A program made the position numbers and the translations under genes. A stretch of DNA of 21,427 nt from Perkinsela sp. CCAP 1560/9 (lineage: Eukaryota; Protista; Euglenozoa: Kinetoplastea), in the NCBI GenBank assembly GCA_965644495.1, contig CBFFSA010000083.1:1-21427 (forward strand). The letters are read 5' to 3'. Below the pieces are notes generated by a model. It did no database searches. It was not told the DNA's origin and saw only the letters and a list, made by a program, of their open reading frames with translations. Positions 16,490 through 21,427 of this stretch are shown here, in pieces; the first letter of the stretch is position 1; each line of letters opens with the position of its first letter.

Positions 16490-19400
16490 TTTTTTTTTTT
16501 TTTTTTTCTTACTTACTTTCTTTACTTACTTACTTCTTACTTACTTACTTTACTTCGCCCTTATCAACTTCGCCCGCTTCTCTCCCTTATCTCCACCCCC
16601 CCAAAGAAACCATCCGTGACTTCCCGACTTCACCCGCTTCTTTCCCTCACTTCCCCCCCCCGAGCATCCATCCGCGCCTTCCAAACTTTGCCCTCCTCTT
16701 TCCCTCACTTCCCCCCAGAAATCAATCCGCGCGTGCTCCACCCCTTCTTCCAGCAGTGCGCGCTTCGGACCGGGTCTCTCGACCTCTCCACGGCCTGGCT
16801 TGGGAACCCTTCCCTTGTTATGCGGGAGGGCTCAGGCGCGGGCATGTGCCGACAGCGGCACGGTCACGAAGTTGGGTTTTGATCGCCGGACTCGGATGAA
16901 TGTTCCGAATCCATACCTGTCTCACATTGGGGTACCTTGCTCGTGAAAGCGAGGCGTGAGGATAGGCACTGTCGGCTCGATCGGCCTCGGGCCGCTCTGG
17001 AGGCTATTCCTCCAGAGTTGCGATGGGGTCTTCGGAAGGTGAACGAGAAACCATCATGCGCGCTTGAAAGCGCATAAGGGTTATGTTTAGTTCAGCGAAG
17101 ATTCGGCTTGTTGCCTCAACTTCCGAAAGTAGACCCCCCGAGGCGTGCGAACACCTCTCACCGACTTTGCGGAGCACGGCTGAAGCGCTGGGGCTCCAGG
17201 CGCCATAACTTTCGACAACCATGGCCGTAAAGTCGCATCCTGCTTCTACGGCTTCTCGACGCTGCTTGCCCTTCTCCATTGAGGAATAATGTTCGGCAAA
17301 TGACCCCGCGGCAACCCAGCTAGCGTTTCGGACTTTGTCCGTATATTTTAATTGCTGAGCATGGGTGACCGCGAAGTAAAGCACAATGGGATTTCCAAGA
17401 AAAAGGCTGGGCAAGTATATGTCGCCAGGTCTGGTGAGGGCCCCGCCTGGGCCCCTGTTCCCGAGACTCTTTTCTCGTTGAGGGGCGAGGCGGGCTCGAC
17501 TGCACACGTCCGCGAACTGGTCCGTAACAGCGTTGTGCCTGGTCACAATACCATGGCCATGTTTGCAAGACAGTGCATGGTCCCCTTTGCTGTCAAGGGG
17601 GAGCGAGCATTTCGGCATGGGGCACGTGCTATCTTCATGGTAGATGTCCACGCCTAACCACCAACGGGCCAAGGTTCGGAATTGTGTGGGGGTAAAGGCG
17701 TGCCCAAGGTCTTTCGAAGGAGTCACAAAGGCCCAGCTGCTCGCTCCCGTGCCACACTGGGAGATCCACCTTGCACGGGTTCGTGCGTCAGTTGTCTCAT
17801 ATTCCTGGGAAAAGGCATGGGCTGCAATAGCATAACTGATTACCCGCTGGCGCGGGATCTTCCCTTTCGGCCACTGTGGGGGTAACATGTCCTGGCATTC
17901 TTCAGAACCGTAGAGGGGAGTCGAGAGTGGGTAGGCATCCGTGGGTGTGTTGGCCGTGCGGGAAGTCGTACGAAGAATATATCCCGGAGGCTCGTCCGGG
18001 GGGTGAGGATCATTCCCTGGCGGAGGGCGCCTTCTCTTCCGGTAGGAGTACGGCGCGCTCAGGGCCTTCTCGCATGGGGCGTTGGGAGTTGTGAGAACAC
18101 GACCTCGGGGATCGAGGAGAGCAGTGCCGGCCTTCTGATTGATGTCGAGGATGGCCTCCGAGAAACCTTCAGCGTCTGTGGGATCCCAGGAATCTGTGGC
18201 AGAGGCAAAGGCGACGGATGCAACGTAAGCCGCGGAGGCGTGGAGGGCTGCGGATCTCAGACCTAATCCACCATGACGCTTCAGTCGCTGTGCTTGAGAT
18301 TGTGCTGACCTGTCAAGAGGACAGATGATTGCCTCTATAGCGGTCATGAGAAAGTCGTCTAAACGGGAGCAAAGGTGAATCAGGGACTGTGGGGGCGTGC
18401 TTCTCATGGCATACACCATTTGACAGAACCCCGCACATTGACGAATTAGGGCAAGCGCGACCTGGGGGTCCTGAATGTTGGTGATGGCATCGAGGGTATC
18501 CTCGGCTGGTTCTAGGGCGTGAGAAAGAAGATAAGCAGAGCAGTGGTCGGCGGATCCTACAGGACTCCCTAGTATGTCAAAGTTCCCCTGCGAATTGATC
18601 TTCTCGTCGGGTATGTCTGGGAAGTAATCAGCCTGGTGGGCCGAGCTGGGGGAAGTAATAATTTCGCATTTCGACGTATTGAGATGCAAGCCCCATTGAG
18701 GTCCTACTCGGGCGATCGTGTCTAGGGCGTCTCTAACTTCCTGCGCCTGGCCAACGAGGACGCCATCGTCGAGATACCAGAGTTGGGCGGGAATATCAGT
18801 TTGAAGGTTAATGGCTTCTGAGAGCTCCAGGGCCACTAACGAGAAGAGCAATGGTCCTAGGGGATCGCCCTGTTGTACTCCTTCCTCGGAGGAGATGAAT
18901 CGGGCCCCGTAGGTAAGAGAGCTGGGGTCGGAATAGCACCAATTGATCCAAGGGAAGAGTTCCGGGAAATATTCCTGTACTAGTGGAAGGAAGGCAGCCC
19001 TGCTTACGTTATTGAAAGCGTTACGTAGGTCCACTTTGCACATGACGAAGTTCGGGTTTTCCATATTGGACGACATGGCCAGGCGACACATGTGAATGAC
19101 TCTTTCGGCCCCGGCTGGCGCTGCCACTCCGTACTGTTTGCCTTCAAAGAGCTCGCTCGCTTTGGGTCGGATTGCGTTGCATACGGCTTTGCTCGCTAAT
19201 CGCCGAAGGGTTTCCTGTCTCCATAGGTCCGAGTACTCTTGTTCCGCCCAACGCTGCATGCATTTATACGCATGTGAGGCATATGCCATGTGGCCTTTGC
19301 GGCCCCCTCGATGCGGAGCTGGTAAAACGCATTTGGGAAGCATGGCCAGAAGCGTCCATGCCTGTAAGGAGTTTTCAGAGACCGCGTTCCGAATGGCGGA

Positions 19401-20502
19401 GGAGAGGATTTCTTCCCAGATCTGGCGGCAACGATAAGGCACGTCTTTGCACGTACTCAGCTGAAGAGAGCAGACAGAAGGAAGAGGTGGGAGCTCAAAG
19501 TTGGTGTTCTCTGGTGTTGGTGCGGTGCTCACTTCGTTGGGTGGAGTAAGAAGTTCGGGAGAAAGGAGCGCAACGGTTTTCGTTCCTTTGCAGCTGTGTC
19601 TGTGCGATGATCGTTTGTGGTTGTCGTAGTGGCGTCCGCATGAGGTGCATAGAAAACGGCCTTCTCTGTACCACCATTCATTAGGGATGCTGTTACCGTG
19701 CCGGCATGCGACATGGTTATAGAAGGCTTGCCAGGATCCGCCATGCGACGGACTGCGCCATGAACATCCCTGGGCCGGGCACTCTCGGAGCTCGGCAGAC
19801 TTTCCTTGGGACAATGAGTTGGGCTCAGCGAGGCTAACGCCAGCGTTTTCAATATTCTGGGTTTCGTGTCTTCTTCCTGGTTGCTCTTGAGATGGACCCG
19901 GAATAAGTTCATAAGGATGCAAGAGTGAAGGTGTCTCTGGGTCTACCCGGTATCGGATGAGCTTATTTCTCCGTGGAGTAGGGGTTTTCTTGGAGTGACC
20001 TTTAATGTCCTCATTGCTACGTGCTTGGGCGGATAGAGCAGTTTTGAGTGGTGTACTTAGATGCTGTGTAGCATTCAAAGCCTCTTTCGTCTTCTTCGCT
20101 GGCGTTACTTGCCTGATAACAGCGGAGTGTTGCATCTCTTCATTTTCGACCTCCGTGTGACCTGTGTCCGGTGTTTCATTAATCCCACCTACGATCGCGT
20201 TCGTTCGGCGGATCCAATCTTCAGGAATATTCTGAGGGATGGGGGTCGTGTAAAGGTCTTCATGGTATGTGCTCGTCCCCGTGAATAAATGTTCGTTTCC
20301 TTTAAATTGGTCCCAAGACCCCGGTCGGTGAGTTCTGCCATTAATTTCTAAGCATTTGTCGTCCGTCTCCATGGCTTCGGCTTCGTGGTCCGGATTTCCG
20401 CTGTTGTCGATTATGGGAGGAAGTGTGTCTGCGGGGGGGGTGATACCAGACATAAAAATTAACCCGTACCTCGGAAAGAGATGAAATAGAAAAAATTCAA
20501 CA
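16490..20502 (-). mobile_element. Retrotransposon copy 4
   Basis: A18 tail at 16490-16507, with a GTAA-repeat tract about 20 bp longer than in other copies. Confidence 0.92.
17004..20453 (-). CDS. 1149-aa zinc finger-RT-RLE polyprotein
   Basis: As copy 2, with A>E and G>V substitutions. Confidence 0.92.
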   Translation of the reverse strand: MSGITPPADTLPPIIDNSGNPDHEAEAMETDDKCLEINGRTHRPGSWDQFKGNEHLFTGTSTYHEDLYTTPIPQNIPEDWIRRTNAIVGGINETPDTGHTEVENEEMQHSAVIRQVTPAKKTKEALNATQHLSTPLKTALSAQARSNEDIKGHSKKTPTPRRNKLIRYRVDPETPSLLHPYELIPGPSQEQPGRRHETQNIENAGVSLAEPNSLSQGKSAELRECPAQGCSWRSPSHGGSWQAFYNHVACRHGNSIPNEWWYREGRFLCTSCGRHYDNHKRSSHRHSCKGTKTVALLSPELLTPPNEVSTAPTPENTNFELPPLPSVCSLQLSTCKDVPYRCRQIWEEILSSAIRNAVSENSLQAWTLLAMLPKCVLPAPHRGGRKGHMAYASHAYKCMQRWAEQEYSDLWRQETLRRLASKAVCNAIRPKASELFEGKQYGVAAPAGAERVIHMCRLAMSSNMENPNFVMCKVDLRNAFNNVSRAAFLPLVQEYFPELFPWINWCYSDPSSLTYGARFISSEEGVQQGDPLGPLLFSLVALELSEAINLQTDIPAQLWYLDDGVLVGQAQEVRDALDTIARVGPQWGLHLNTSKCEIITSPSSAHQADYFPDIPDEKINSQGNFDILGSPVGSADHCSAYLLSHALEPAEDTLDAITNIQDPQVALALIRQCAGFCQMVYAMRSTPPQSLIHLCSRLDDFLMTAIEAIICPLDRSAQSQAQRLKRHGGLGLRSAALHASAAYVASVAFASATDSWDPTDAEGFSEAILDINQKAGTALLDPRGRVLTTPNAPCEKALSAPYSYRKRRRPPPGNDPHPPDEPPGYILRTTSRTANTPTDAYPLSTPLYGSEECQDMLPPQWPKGKIPRQRVISYAIAAHAFSQEYETTDARTRARWISQCGTGASSWAFVTPSKDLGHAFTPTQFRTLARWWLGVDIYHEDSTCPMPKCSLPLDSKGDHALSCKHGHGIVTRHNAVTDQFADVCSRARLAPQREKSLGNRGPGGALTRPGDIYLPSLFLGNPIVLYFAVTHAQQLKYTDKVRNASWVAAGSFAEHYSSMEKGKQRREAVEAGCDFTAMVVESYGAWSPSASAVLRKVGERCSHASGGLLSEVEATSRIFAELNITLMRFQARMMVSRSPSEDPIATLEE

Positions 20503-21427
20503 TTTTTTTTTTTTTTTTCTTACTTACTTTCCTACTTACTTTACTTCGCCCTTATCAACTTCGCCCGCTTCTCTCCCTTATCTCCACCCCCCCAAAGAAA
20601 CCATCCGTGACTTCCCGACTTCACCCGCTTCTTTCCCTCACTTCCCCCCCCCGAGCATCCATCCGCGCCTTCCAAACTTTGCCCTCCTCTTTCCCTCACT
20701 TCCCCCCAGAAATCAATCCGCGCGTGCTCCACCCCTTCTTCCAGCAGTGCGCGCTTCGGACCGGGTCTCTCGACCTCTCCACGGCCTGGCTTGGGAACCC
20801 TTCCCTTGTTATGCGGGAGGGCGCAGGCGCGGGCATGTGCCGACAGCGGCACGGTCACGAAGTTGGGTTTTGATCGCCGGATTCGGATGAATGTTCCGAA
20901 TCCATACCTGTCTCACATTGGGGTACCTTGCTCGTGAAAGCGAGGCGTGAGGATAGGCACTGTCGGCTCGATCGGCCTCGGGCCGCTCTGGAGGCTATTC
21001 CTCCAGAGTTGCGATGGGGTCTTCGGAAGGTGAACGAGAAACCATCATGCGCGCTTGAAAGCGCATAAGGGTTATGTTTAGTTCAGCGAAGATTCGGCTC
21101 GTTGCCTCACCTTCCGAAAGTAGACCCCCCGAGGCGTGCGAACACCTCTCACCGACTTTGCGGAGCACGGCTGAAGCGCTGGGGCTCCAGGCGCCATAAC
21201 TTTCGACAACCATGGCCGTAAAGTCGCATCCTGCTTCTACGGCTTCTCGACGCTGCTTGCCCTTCTCCATTGAGGAATAATGTTCGGCAAATGACCCCGC
21301 GGCAACCCAGCTAGCGTTTCGGACTTTGTCCGTATATTTTAATTGCTGAGCATGGGTGACCGCGAAGTAAAGCACAATGGGATTTCCAAGAAAAAGGCTG
21401 GGCAAGTATATGTCGCCAGGTCTGGTG
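20503..21427 (-). mobile_element. Retrotransposon copy 5, 3' end (continues beyond the window)
   Basis: A16 tail at 20503-20518, 3' UTR, and RLE-coding C-terminus with stop at 20995. Confidence 0.92.

Larger units (their letters stand above)
7209..21427 (-). repeat. Head-to-tail tandem array of a ~4.0-kb non-LTR retrotransposon
   Basis: ORF starts at 8456, 12447, 16440 and 20453 (periods 3991, 3993, 4013). Copies are nearly identical. The array runs off the right edge. Confidence 0.97.

Noticed and set aside
8506-20518. LTR or TSD-bounded independent insertions
   Set aside because: No LTRs or integrase. Junctions are essentially identical between copies, with no variable 5' truncation or distinct TSDs.
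7177-20873. Numerous short antisense or alternate-frame ORFs within the array and its UTRs
   Set aside because: Shadow ORFs of GC-rich sequence, repeated only because the unit repeats. The UTR ORFs are broken by C-run length changes.

Overview
The window has two very different halves. Positions 1-7208 are AT-rich bacterial DNA. They hold the 5' half of a group II intron (minus strand, running off the left edge) and a decayed lambdoid prophage tail/lysis module: a TipJ-like tail-tip gene split by an IS1380-family element (18-bp TIRs, ATGAA TSD), a hicAB toxin-antitoxin pair, a DUF6127-like gene, a holin-like gene split by an IS200-type element, and an orphan ORF between two 57-bp direct repeats. 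From 7209 to the right edge the sequence is more GC-rich and forms a head-to-tail array of a ~4.0-kb eukaryotic-type non-LTR retrotransposon. It is CRE-clade-like, with N-terminal zinc fingers, an RT (QGDPL, YLDD), a CCHC knuckle plus RLE endonuclease, and poly(A) tails. There are 3 complete and 2 partial near-identical copies. The copies appear defective in the same way yet keep an open 1149-aa ORF: the RT0-RT2 region seems deleted in frame, and the RLE catalytic Asp reads Tyr. The bacterial/retroelement junction is not at a poly(A) tail but about 9 nt from the apparent deletion breakpoint. Sequence alone cannot distinguish a real cross-domain junction (in either direction) from an assembly chimera.
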